In this document: positions 25,284 to 34,350 of the stretch, piece after piece | Numbering within the stretch: the stretch's first letter is position 1 | How the letters are laid out: the number at the start of each line of letters is the position of its first letter | Origin: a virus | UHGV virus genome: UHGV-0211288 | Direction: 5' to 3' (one strand) | Length of the DNA stretch: 38,606 nt | Notes under the pieces: generated by a model | Databases searched by the model: none | Told to the model about the DNA's origin: nothing | The model's input: the letters and a program-made list of their open reading frames with translations, nothing else | Made by a program: the position numbers and the translations under genes

Positions 25284-25633
25284 TAGATAAACCTCGTAAT
25301 GCCTTTACCAGCACGAATTGCAGGCTTAGTATATTCGTCAAAGATATCCATGTATTCATTTAAATAAGAAGGCTCCCATGAATAAGATCGTCCTTCCTCA
25401 CTATCTGCAGTGGTCCCTTCACTGTTGCGTTTATTAAAACGCTTGATAGCGACATCTCTATGAATATAGACCAGATCATCCGGAATAGCTTTGTGTTTTT
25501 CGGTATCATTTTTGGCAGCGAATTGGTTCAGTACGGATAAGATCCGTTGCTCGCTGTCCTTGATAATCAGGTTAAGCAAGGGATCTTGTACCGTATCTTT
25601 TATGCCGAGAAATAACTTGATATCTTCTAGCAT
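25280..25633 (-). CDS. head-tail connector protein (gp6-like, putative)
   Basis: 117-aa ORF immediately after the MCP gene. Confidence 0.5.
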   Translation of the reverse strand: MLEDIKLFLGIKDTVQDPLLNLIIKDSEQRILSVLNQFAAKNDTEKHKAIPDDLVYIHRDVAIKRFNKRNSEGTTADSEEGRSYSWEPSYLNEYMDIFDEYTKPAIRAGKGITRFIY

Positions 25634-25647
25634 TTCTATCCCCTACC

Positions 25648-26625
25648 TTATGCTTGTGTTGTTGTAGTGGTCGTAGTCGGTTGTGTTGTAGTAGTCGTAG
25701 TTGCCGATTCAATCGTTGCTTCAACAACGCCTGCAGGAATTTCCGGGAACAAGACTAATGCATTCATGAATAGTGATTCGTAAGTTGCATTGCGCAATGT
25801 ACGTCCGCGAGTAGCAGAAATGAACCCTGTTTCATCTGTGAAATCTACAAAGATATCACCTAGATCGCTAGCTTTCATATCCAAATAAGCTAATACGAGA
25901 TTGTCAACCGCAGTTGAATAAACTTTACCTTCTGGAATTGCGTTTAATACAACAACGTTAGTAGCTCCCAAGAAGTTTTTCAGCAACGTCATTCCAAAAA
26001 CATTCGATGCATCAGCTAAGACTTTTGTGTCACCAAGATATGTCGCTGCATCCATTGGATTAATAAATGAAACGAATTGTGCACCGTCAAACTCTTCAAA
26101 TGTGCTTAATTTTCCCCAAGATTGAGCCAATGCTTTTTGCAATCCATCTGCGGTAATTTTTGTTGGCGCTGTGCCTAAAAAGTCAACAAATTTTGTTTTA
26201 ATTCCACCTTGGATTTGACGTAATAATTTATTATCAGCTTGATCAATTGCTAATGAGGCTCCATGACGAGCAATCGATTCAGCAGTCACAGCACGACGCC
26301 ATTTGTTAAACGTTACTTGATAAGACTTATCTTTTGCACGAGTAACTTTAGATAGAGGAATGTCTTCACCTTCTGCGACATTTCCAGATTTTAAATCAGT
26401 CGTCCATTTGTACATTTGGATTTTCATATCACTCGATAATGGTTCTAAACGTGTAACGCCCAACAGTTCAAGTAATTCTTTGATACCGGCTTCAAATCGG
26501 TTAACAAAATCGATCGACTTGATTTCCCCAAGATCGTCCATGGTTGTTAATCCATCTTCTGCAGCAAAAAATTGTAGTTGCATTTTCATGAATCGTTTTT
26601 TATTTGTTTTTGACATGTTTTTCAT
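25648..26625 (-). CDS. major capsid protein with N-terminal LQFFA motif and Thr-rich C-terminal extension
   Basis: 325 aa following the scaffold gene. N-terminus MKNMSKTNKKRFMKMQLQFFAAEDG. C-terminus ATTTTTTQPTTTTTTTQA. Confidence 0.8.
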   Translation of the reverse strand: MKNMSKTNKKRFMKMQLQFFAAEDGLTTMDDLGEIKSIDFVNRFEAGIKELLELLGVTRLEPLSSDMKIQMYKWTTDLKSGNVAEGEDIPLSKVTRAKDKSYQVTFNKWRRAVTAESIARHGASLAIDQADNKLLRQIQGGIKTKFVDFLGTAPTKITADGLQKALAQSWGKLSTFEEFDGAQFVSFINPMDAATYLGDTKVLADASNVFGMTLLKNFLGATNVVVLNAIPEGKVYSTAVDNLVLAYLDMKASDLGDIFVDFTDETGFISATRGRTLRNATYESLFMNALVLFPEIPAGVVEATIESATTTTTTQPTTTTTTTQA

Positions 26626-26637
26626 TTGTTGTTCCTC

Positions 26638-27261
26638 CTAAAATAGTTCTCTATTTGCAGCAATCATTCGTTGACGTTCAGTAGTATCTTTAATCGCCAT
26701 AATTTCTGCTTTAGTCATTTGTCCACCTGCAGTACCAACTTTCGTTTTGTTTTTCGAAGCCAATCGTTCATTGACCTTTGCTTCTACTGCCTTATCCCAT
26801 TCTGCACGGAAAGCCTTAACATCCTCTAGGATTTCTTCAGCAGTATCGCCAGCAATCCGATGCGCAAAATCAGCTGGTATTCCTTGAGCCGTTAGTTGTT
26901 TGCCTTTTTCAACATACAATTGCTCTTTCCGGAATTCTTCTTTTTCTTTCTCGAACTCCTCTTTTTCCTTTTGAATCAAGGCTTTTTGACGATCTTCTTC
27001 AGAAAGCTTCGCCAATCTAGCAGCTTCATTTTTTTGTTCTTCTAATTCTTTTTGCCATCTTGATTTCTTGTTTTTAATGATAGAATCAACATCTTTGTCA
27101 TCTTTAAAACCAAATTTTTCCTTAATGGCTGCCAATTGTTCTTCATTCAATTCATCGACATTGAATTCTGGTGTTGTATGATCTCCCGGGTTATCATCTC
27201 CACCGTCTTCAGCGAAGAATTGTAGATTCAATGGCATAAAAAATTTCTTGTTCGTTTTCAT
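26638..27261 (-). CDS. capsid scaffolding protein
   Basis: 207 aa, highly charged and helical (KEKEEFEKEKEEFRKEQ). N-terminus MKTNKKFFMPLNLQFFAEDGG. Lies between the minor head and MCP genes. Confidence 0.7.
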   Translation of the reverse strand: MKTNKKFFMPLNLQFFAEDGGDDNPGDHTTPEFNVDELNEEQLAAIKEKFGFKDDKDVDSIIKNKKSRWQKELEEQKNEAARLAKLSEEDRQKALIQKEKEEFEKEKEEFRKEQLYVEKGKQLTAQGIPADFAHRIAGDTAEEILEDVKAFRAEWDKAVEAKVNERLASKNKTKVGTAGGQMTKAEIMAIKDTTERQRMIAANRELF

Positions 27262-27363
27262 GATTTGTTACTCCTTCCATACCTTTTTACGTGGATAAAT
27301 GCTTGCACTTCCATAGCTTTTAAAGTCTTCAATGCTTGGACAAAATAAAAAGCCCAGCGGCTG

Positions 27364-27585
27364 CTAGACTTCCATTTCTTGAATTAGTTGTTGTTTCGCT
27401 ACTTCCATCATGCCGATAGCGTTGAGGGACGTACTTTGTGTGTAAAAGGACGAGATAATTCCATTCTGATCTACACCAACCACAACAATACTTTCCGCAT
27501 CTTTAAAGAATTCTTTTGATTGATCCATGAACTCTTCATTGCTCACACCACGTTCTTTCTTACGCTTCAATTCTTTGAAATCCAT
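27364..27585 (-). CDS. hypothetical protein (73 aa)
   Basis: ORF within the head module. Followed by a weak hairpin plus T-run on the minus strand near 27330-27350. Confidence 0.4.
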   Translation of the reverse strand: MDFKELKRKKERGVSNEEFMDQSKEFFKDAESIVVVGVDQNGIISSFYTQSTSLNAIGMMEVAKQQLIQEMEV

Positions 27586-27640
27586 GGGTACCTCCTATAA
27601 TCGCTATTTAACGCATAACTGCGAGATACGTGGATCACCA

Positions 27641-27802
27641 TCACTTTCCGCCATGCCGGCTTTTGTATTCCGTTGTATCAAAATCAGGTGGTTCTTTTTT
27701 ATTAATTATGTTCCATCCAGTTTTTAAAATTGTAATTGTAATAACCAACGATAATGCTATTAAAGGCACTCCAACAAGCATTAGGACAAATTTCATCATC
27801 AT
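27641..27802 (-). CDS. small membrane protein (53 aa, MMMKFVLMLVGVPLIALSLVITITILKTGW...)
   Basis: Not in the track. The AGGAG RBS overlaps the stop of the minor head gene, with 8-nt spacing to the ATG at 27802. Single TM helix. Confidence 0.3.
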   Translation of the reverse strand: MMMKFVLMLVGVPLIALSLVITITILKTGWNIINKKEPPDFDTTEYKSRHGGK

Positions 27803-27813
27803 AGATATCACTC

Positions 27814-28737
27814 CTATTCTTCATAACCTATTTCTGAATCGTCCGGAACAATTCCAGTTCGGCATCCCACGTGATAAGGTGGCGCTGTGATACCGGGTTG
27901 ATATTCAACTAACAAAAATGTTTTATCTTCTCGATTCACTCGTAAGCATATTTCAGTGGTCCGATCGTCAACATGAACATTGTTTTTGTACTTGGTCAAT
28001 CCAAAATCTTCAAAGCGTTTAGCAGCTGATAGATTCACAACATTTGTTCCATCTGTACGCACGATTGCTTCCGCCCTGCTCTTGGCCACGTTGTATTTTT
28101 TACGCAATTCACGAGCCATATCTGCTGGACCAGATCCACGAATAAATCCTTGAGTAAGAACTTTTTTTAGGTCTTTGGCAAGATCATCTGTATTCCCCCA
28201 AATGCTGGAAGAATAATTTTTCCCATTAAATGGAGTTTTTACAATCTGTTCCAAAGCAGCTTTGTTCAATGTGCTTTTAGAGTTTCCGCCGATTATTTTA
28301 CGATAGGCATATTGAGCTACTTCTTTTAGATATCGATCGAACGACTTATGCAATGCTCCGCTCATTTTTCCTAGGCGCCATTCCATATCTAGATGCAACG
28401 CTTCAAGCCGTGTCACTTTTCCGGCTTTGTACTGCTCATTCAGCCGCTTCAATAGTTCGGGATCTTTTTCAGCTTGTTTGAAATACTTCTCAGCATTTGC
28501 TCGATAATCAGACAGATCTTCTCGCATGAGCCGTTTCTTTGCTTCCTGCATAGAGATATTGTTTTCTTTGGAGTATTTAGCGTAGAAGTTGTAAATCTCC
28601 TTCTGGATGTTCTTACGGCCTTCTGTGTAAATAGTCTGCAACTCATCGAAGAAATCGATATCCGTTCGATCAACATAAGCCATGATTTCATCCATACGAC
28701 TTGACCAATATTTCGGTGATTTATTGAGTTTAGCCAT
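27814..28737 (-). CDS. minor head protein, SPP1 gp7 / Mu F-like head morphogenesis family
   Basis: ORF following the portal. The start is placed at the ATG at 28737 (MAKLNKSPKYW...); the track extends to a TTG at 28806 with no RBS. Confidence 0.7.
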   Translation of the reverse strand: MAKLNKSPKYWSSRMDEIMAYVDRTDIDFFDELQTIYTEGRKNIQKEIYNFYAKYSKENNISMQEAKKRLMREDLSDYRANAEKYFKQAEKDPELLKRLNEQYKAGKVTRLEALHLDMEWRLGKMSGALHKSFDRYLKEVAQYAYRKIIGGNSKSTLNKAALEQIVKTPFNGKNYSSSIWGNTDDLAKDLKKVLTQGFIRGSGPADMARELRKKYNVAKSRAEAIVRTDGTNVVNLSAAKRFEDFGLTKYKNNVHVDDRTTEICLRVNREDKTFLLVEYQPGITAPPYHVGCRTGIVPDDSEIGYEE

Positions 28738-28873
28738 TATTTTGACCTGATAAAATAATTTGCATCGCTTGTTCTTCGGTAAATCCTTGTTCTTGCAGGA
28801 GAACAAAGTAGTTCCAATTAATTTTTGCAGTTAGTTCCATCGTCTGAATGGAGAAAGCTTCGATGTCTGCCAT
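28730..28873 (-). CDS. possible small ORF (47 aa) between portal and minor head genes
   Basis: The ATG at 28873 follows the portal stop with a weak GGAAG RBS. Overlaps the minor head start. The track ORF 28730-29020 overlaps the portal 3' end, so only the distal part is plausible. Confidence 0.25.
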   Translation of the reverse strand: MADIEAFSIQTMELTAKINWNYFVLLQEQGFTEEQAMQIILSGQNNG

Positions 28874-28892
28874 TTGTTTGTCTTCCGATGTA

Positions 28893-30449
28893 TCACTGTT
28901 CATCTCCGTCAGCATTTCTAACATTTTTTTCATTAGCTCTTTCATTTCCTTCATCCTCCATTTGTGGACGTCTGGGCGGCGTTGTTCCACCAGCGTCTTC
29001 TTTGATTCGTTCCAACTCAACTTCTGGATCTACACCAGTGACTGTTTTCAGAATTTCAAAAAGTGTCTCATCAGATACTTGCCCCACAAGCTGACTTGCC
29101 AGCGCAACAATTTCACTGTCTGACTTAGGAACATTGGCCGTAAATATGATATTCGTATCATTGATTTGATCATAAGCAACAGAATCATTTCCTTTGATTC
29201 GCCAAATATTAACAGCTAGCCTCAAACGTCGCATCAAACCTTTTTCAAATAAACGCTGCTGCATCACACGACGATTATCGGCTGCCATCAATTTATATTT
29301 CATGCTTTCTCCAGACTGGACACCTGAAAAATTATCATCTGTTACATCCGGAGTAAAAGTGAAGCGCAAAATATCATTCACTAAGCGCTTTTTGTAAGCT
29401 TCCGCTCCTTCAGTGTCGTATTCTTTAACAAGATAAAAGGCATTCGGCTGTGCGCCATTTGGATTCGGATTATCATCTAAGAACATAATCTTTGTTCGTT
29501 TATAAGCGATCCCGACAGCTAAACGAGAATTGGGTACAATATTCCCATCCTCATCTAAATCATTTGGAGCTGTTCCTGTATAAGGATTACCTGCTATCAC
29601 AAGAATCGCATCCATTGTGTCTTGCTGATAATTGGCTAGCTCTGACTGAGATAGATCATAAGCATCGATTGAATCAAGAATAGGCTCATACGCTCCCGTA
29701 CGGTCCTCATTGTTTGCATACTCATTGATTGGAACTCCATCAAACGCATAATCATCAGAATCATTTAGATGCAGCCCTCGTTCTTCTTGATTGCTGTTTA
29801 GGTACATATAAACCATGTCGGATGTATAAACGTTGACAAAGTCTTTGCGTACACCGTCGCCATAATCAAGTGTATAGTAATAAACGCCAAATAGAGATTT
29901 GTTGTCGGTTGTATCATCATAAACAACGAAGGTCTGTTCTGCATCGAGTTTGACCAATTTCACCCAAGCCTTACCGGATTCGTCTAATTCCGTTGTAAGA
30001 AGTTCATAGGCCCTGCCATAAATAGATAAGTCCGTTTTGATCAAAACGTTGTGATAGTCCTCGTTGTTTCGTTTTGAGAAATCAGCTATCTTATCTTGGA
30101 GTTCGTCATTCTCGTTTTTGTATTGCACAGGCTGACCAAGCATATAACCTTGTTCAAAAATGGTAATATATCGTGCAAAATCACTAGCAATGCGATTATC
30201 AGCTGCAAACTCATCCGTTTTAGCTGGGCGATGTTTAATGTTGTTATCAGATAAATAATACCGCTTGAGTTCTTTAAGTCGTGGTACTTGTTCATTTCGA
30301 TGCCTATTGATAAATTTTTCCAATCGTGTGATCCATGTCTCACTTTCAAAATCTGCATCATCAAAATCTTCTTGCGCCATTCGAAAAACAGAATTTGCGT
30401 TCTTGTGATAGCGATGGTTTCTCAAAAATGTAATATTCTTGCTTTCCAT
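28893..30449 (-). CDS. portal protein (SPP1 gp6-like)
   Basis: 518 aa directly after terL. Size, position and acidic C-terminus are typical of siphovirus portals. Confidence 0.85.
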   Translation of the reverse strand: MESKNITFLRNHRYHKNANSVFRMAQEDFDDADFESETWITRLEKFINRHRNEQVPRLKELKRYYLSDNNIKHRPAKTDEFAADNRIASDFARYITIFEQGYMLGQPVQYKNENDELQDKIADFSKRNNEDYHNVLIKTDLSIYGRAYELLTTELDESGKAWVKLVKLDAEQTFVVYDDTTDNKSLFGVYYYTLDYGDGVRKDFVNVYTSDMVYMYLNSNQEERGLHLNDSDDYAFDGVPINEYANNEDRTGAYEPILDSIDAYDLSQSELANYQQDTMDAILVIAGNPYTGTAPNDLDEDGNIVPNSRLAVGIAYKRTKIMFLDDNPNPNGAQPNAFYLVKEYDTEGAEAYKKRLVNDILRFTFTPDVTDDNFSGVQSGESMKYKLMAADNRRVMQQRLFEKGLMRRLRLAVNIWRIKGNDSVAYDQINDTNIIFTANVPKSDSEIVALASQLVGQVSDETLFEILKTVTGVDPEVELERIKEDAGGTTPPRRPQMEDEGNERANEKNVRNADGDEQ

Positions 30450-30464
30450 TTTCTCTTTTCCTTT

Positions 30465-31928
30465 CTAGCCAAAAAAGAATTTGGCTGCTTCCATTCGTTC
30501 CTCTAAGCTTTGAGGATTTTGTATTTGAAGTGTTTCGGCGATACCAGTGATCGAATCCGGTGCATCATCATGCGCATTTTTCCCCTCACGTTGGTAGGTT
30601 GTCATAGCTTCATAGAACTCAGGCCAACGAAGCGCCCAATCTTCTGGATAATAAACATTATTTTCAACCCAAGCGCTGTTGGATAGTATCCTTGATTGTT
30701 TGTTACCTGCCTGATGGAAGTCTTCCCAGTAAGCAGAATAATATCCCAATTCTTTTGCTTTACGTTCAGAGTTACGTCTAAACCCACGCCCACCGTTATT
30801 TCCTTCAACTCGTATGTGGTTTACTTTGTTTCTGATAATCATATTTGCATGAGCATTTTCGGTGATTTCCATTGGTTCTTTGGTATATAGAACATCTAAC
30901 AGGTATGCCTTATGATCAGATGTTTCAGCCCATACAGGAGATGATAAATAGTCTGCACCTTTATCGGCAGTATCTGTATAGTTCCAAATCTTAATGACGT
31001 TGTCTGGCAATTTATCATATGTCTGAAACTTTTGATAAAGCCGCCCTTTTTGGTCAATCGGTTCTTGCTGATAATTCGCATTTGCGATTGCCGTTCCCAT
31101 TGCCGCACCTTTCTTTTTGAAATCTTCATAAGATAAAATGTCTGGGCAAAGCATTTCATGCGTTTCTTCGTTAAGAAGGGCTTTTTTTATAACAACGCGT
31201 AACTTATAACCCATCGCAGGCATTTCATCAATGATACGTCCTGCCAGATCTTTCGAATGCCATCTAGTCATAATGACTATGATTTTTCCGCCTTTTTCAA
31301 CACGAGAAAGCATTTGTTTTGTGAACCAGTCCCAATGCTTTTGTAGTTCATTTTCGTTAGTTGCTTCTACAATCCCTTTGATTACGTCATCAACTATGAG
31401 TAAATCAAAGCCTTTACCAGTTGCGGATCCTCCTGGTGATGTCGCCAGATAGGAAAGCTTGCTTCCTTGTAGCGCCCAACGTTTAGCTGCTGCTGATCCT
31501 TGTTTCAATTTTGCTTTCGGAAAGATATCCGTATAAACAATTTGATCATCTATTACTCTTTCTTCAGCGATGTTTTCCCTCACGTCTTTTGAAAAATCGG
31601 TCGCCATATCTTCGTTATATGAACCAGTAGCAACTCTTAATTTGGGATTTTTTCCAAGTTCCCACTCAACAAAACGGCCAGCAGTCGTTGATTTTGCATG
31701 ACGTGGCGGCAGATTGAGCAGCATGATGTCGTCATCAGACTTCATGAATTCCTCAAACTCCTGGCAAAGATCTTTCAAATATTTCCTGTCACTCTTATAG
31801 AGGTCCGGTATTCGTAATTGACAATAAGAAAAGAAGTCATCACGCGCTTGGCGTAACAACTTCTCTCGTTTTAATTGCTTCAATTCTTTTAAGTAACGGT
31901 ATTTTTGTATTTTATCCATCGTCATCAC
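30465..31928 (-). CDS. terL: terminase large subunit
   Basis: 487 aa. N-terminal ATPase with a terminase-type Walker A variant LPPRHAKST and Walker B LLIVDD, plus a C-terminal nuclease region. Overlaps the terS end. Confidence 0.85.
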   Translation of the reverse strand: MMTMDKIQKYRYLKELKQLKREKLLRQARDDFFSYCQLRIPDLYKSDRKYLKDLCQEFEEFMKSDDDIMLLNLPPRHAKSTTAGRFVEWELGKNPKLRVATGSYNEDMATDFSKDVRENIAEERVIDDQIVYTDIFPKAKLKQGSAAAKRWALQGSKLSYLATSPGGSATGKGFDLLIVDDVIKGIVEATNENELQKHWDWFTKQMLSRVEKGGKIIVIMTRWHSKDLAGRIIDEMPAMGYKLRVVIKKALLNEETHEMLCPDILSYEDFKKKGAAMGTAIANANYQQEPIDQKGRLYQKFQTYDKLPDNVIKIWNYTDTADKGADYLSSPVWAETSDHKAYLLDVLYTKEPMEITENAHANMIIRNKVNHIRVEGNNGGRGFRRNSERKAKELGYYSAYWEDFHQAGNKQSRILSNSAWVENNVYYPEDWALRWPEFYEAMTTYQREGKNAHDDAPDSITGIAETLQIQNPQSLEERMEAAKFFFG

Positions 31929-32370
31929 TAGCCGATGCTAATTCCTTTTCAAGCTCGGCAATGCGTTCTTCCAGTTCAGAATCGGTCAATCCGTCTGCGT
32001 TGATGTTAACAGTAGATTGGATCTCATGGACATCAACTGCTTTGTAGCCAGCACGATCAAGCAAATCTTTCGCTGCATTAATCCGATCTGCATCTTTGCT
32101 TTCCGGATTATTGACAATATCAGATAATACTTTTCGAGCATCTATAGCATCAAAGAAAAACTCACGTTTCAATTCCTTTTCCAACTGCTTTTCTCGTTTT
32201 TCAAGATATTCTAAAACTATAGGATTTTGAAGGAGTTGATAAGCTTGTGAGCTCGCAGATGCAGGACTATAGCCAGCTTCAATGGCAGCCTGCGTCTGGT
32301 TCTTTTTTCGATTTTTAAGGTAATTATCTACGAAAAGTTTCTGTTGCCTTGTAGGGCCTCTCACAGCCAT
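31912..32370 (-). CDS. terS: terminase small subunit
   Basis: 152 aa. N-terminal HTH-like QQKLFVDNYLKNRKKNQTQAAIEAGYS typical of small terminases, with an acidic C-terminus. Precedes terL with overlap. Confidence 0.75.
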   Translation of the reverse strand: MAVRGPTRQQKLFVDNYLKNRKKNQTQAAIEAGYSPASASSQAYQLLQNPIVLEYLEKREKQLEKELKREFFFDAIDARKVLSDIVNNPESKDADRINAAKDLLDRAGYKAVDVHEIQSTVNINADGLTDSELEERIAELEKELASASDDDG

Positions 32371-32415
32371 TTAAAATCACACTCCTTTGCACAACGTCTC
32401 TAAGGTAGATAAAAA

Positions 32416-33282
32416 TTATTCATTTGGATTATTAATAATAAAAAATCGAATAAAATCTCTGCCAAATTTAGATATTTTCAATCTATCTTTCGCTTTTAGT
32501 CTAACTTTACTTTTATTTGACAAGGTTTTAATTTTAGCATTTCTCGCACCAGATAAAGCTTTTATGATACTCTCCGTAGACCCTCTGATTTCATCAATTG
32601 CAACTTGAAGATTATTTATATCTTTAACAAGCTTATCATCATACTCATTTTCCATCAGACCTAATCTATTTAAATTCTCCCTTATTGCAACATATTGATC
32701 GTAGTTAATATCAAAAGCTTTAAGTAACTCTTCATAATTGCTATACCCGTCAATATCCTCAAGTGTATTAGCTCTATAAGATAATTTAAGAACCGAAATA
32801 TCTAAAATAGTCAATTTATCTAGGGTATCAAAGTATAAATAAGCCACATCAAAAGATGGATTATCCAAATTTAAGAATTCTGAATAACCATTGATCATAA
32901 ACTCAATTTTTTCCGATTGACTGGTAGATTCAATTTTTCTCATAACCATTTCAAAAATTTCATCTAAAATTTGTTTATTCTTCAAAGTTTGTTTTTCGAA
33001 TTTTTCTTTTAGCTCTTCATCTCTTTTGCTAATAGCTTGAACCATTACCTCTAAATTTTTAATTTTTTTATTTGTTCTAAATTCGGTTATAGCTCCACCT
33101 ATACCTGGTATCAAACTAGCTCCATAATCAATCAAAATATCACCACCTTGTCTTGCAAGTTCGTTTGTTATAAGAGGTACGACATTTTCTTTTAAAATAT
33201 CTTTTCCTTGTTCAGAAACAACAGATAGAACATTTTCAAATAAAAATCCTTTGATTGCATCAATTTTTTCTCCCATAATCAT
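32416..33282 (-). CDS. hypothetical protein (288 aa) in AT-rich moron between late activator and terS
   Basis: Strong RBS AAAGGAG 6 nt upstream. Composition is visibly more AT-rich than the flanking genes. No recognisable motif. Confidence 0.5.
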   Translation of the reverse strand: MIMGEKIDAIKGFLFENVLSVVSEQGKDILKENVVPLITNELARQGGDILIDYGASLIPGIGGAITEFRTNKKIKNLEVMVQAISKRDEELKEKFEKQTLKNKQILDEIFEMVMRKIESTSQSEKIEFMINGYSEFLNLDNPSFDVAYLYFDTLDKLTILDISVLKLSYRANTLEDIDGYSNYEELLKAFDINYDQYVAIRENLNRLGLMENEYDDKLVKDINNLQVAIDEIRGSTESIIKALSGARNAKIKTLSNKSKVRLKAKDRLKISKFGRDFIRFFIINNPNE

Positions 33283-33335
33283 TAATCTCCTTTATAAATT
33301 TATACTTAAAGGATAACCGATTATGGAAATAATAA

Positions 33336-33398
33336 AAAGACAGCACTAGCGAATTTTGAAAAGAGGAATCACCTCCATCAAATTAATGTGCTGTCTTT
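33336..33398 (-). terminator. long inverted repeat (11-bp perfect stem AAAGACAGCAC / GTGCTGTCTTT, 41-nt loop with nested GAGG..CCTC hairpin) followed on the minus strand by a U-rich tract
   Basis: Seen directly. Lies downstream of the late-activator gene and upstream of the first late genes, so it is a candidate early/late boundary terminator or a structured RNA. Confidence 0.4.
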
Positions 33399-33564
33399 CT
33401 ATTCAAGTTAAGAAGAATGAGCGATGAGGGGATTTGCCCCCTTTCGGTTTTTAGAATTTTGTGAGTAGTCCAATAACCGGCTCTCCGGTTCTTCTACGCT
33501 ATTACTATAACCCGTTTAAATCAAGAAATATACACAGGCTTTGAGGTCGCATTTTGTGGCAATG

Positions 33565-34044
33565 TCAAAACAAGCTCAACTGATCCTGGTCTGCTGAATA
33601 GTAGTCCATTTCTTCTTGCTTCTTTAAGCGTTCCTCTCGTCTTGCCTCGTACTCATCCACGAATGATAATGTCTTGCGAATCTCTGTATGCCGTTTTCTG
33701 ATATAAGATACGCTGTAACCAGTAGCATCTGCTATATCATAAACATCCATGTCATCAATATACTTTAATTTTACAATTTGATTGTCTGCTCCGCTGAAAG
33801 AATCGATTAATTCCAACAGCTCAATTTTTTCTTTCTCAAGCATCTCTAGTTCATTCTCAATGATTCTTATATTTTCTTCCAACGATGATGATCTTGAATT
33901 CTTTTCAAGGCGTACGTTTGCTAAATCACCGTTGATCCATCGATCCAATTCCAATTTACTCTTGTTAAGATTCCATTTCATAAAGAGTATTTGTTCTTCT
34001 AAATCTTGATAGTTTTTAAGCCATTGAAATCTCACAAACGCCAC
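33565..34044 (-). CDS. ArpU-family phage late transcriptional regulator
   Basis: 159 aa. The C-terminal HTH / sigma-region-4-like segment DVYDIADATGYSVSYIRKRHTEIRK is characteristic of ArpU/RinA-type late activators. Located just upstream of the packaging genes. Confidence 0.7.
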   Translation of the reverse strand: MAFVRFQWLKNYQDLEEQILFMKWNLNKSKLELDRWINGDLANVRLEKNSRSSSLEENIRIIENELEMLEKEKIELLELIDSFSGADNQIVKLKYIDDMDVYDIADATGYSVSYIRKRHTEIRKTLSFVDEYEARREERLKKQEEMDYYSADQDQLSLF

Positions 34045-34188
34045 CCCTTATGGTAAAATAGTCTTGTCACAGGTCACTTACCCAAAAGGTAGTGGCTTTT
34101 TTATTTATCAAAATACGAACCATGTTGTCCTTCATCGATAATCAAGCTGTTCAAACTTTTACCAAGGACCCTTTTATTTACGGTTCCG

Positions 34189-34350
34189 TTCGCCTTAGCT
34201 TTTTCTAACAGCCTTCTCTTTTTCTTTTTCACTTTCGACTTTTTCTTTGGCAATGGCTTGCTTCTCCTTTTCATCTAATTCTTTACCGAAAATCACACTT
34301 GCGAATACTGCCGCTATTACGGCAACAAATATTAAAACCGCTTCTGTCAT
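34189..34350 (-). CDS. small membrane protein (53 aa, MTEAVLIFVAVIAAVFASVIFGKELDEKEK...)
   Basis: Not in the track. The ATG overlaps the upstream stop (ATGA). RBS GAAGGT upstream. N-terminal TM helix followed by a Lys/Glu-rich tail. Confidence 0.35.

Noticed and set aside
28730-29020. 96-aa track ORF overlapping the portal 3' end
   Set aside because: Its 5' two-thirds overlap the portal gene out of frame. Only the distal 47 codons after the portal stop are plausible, and they are reported with low confidence.
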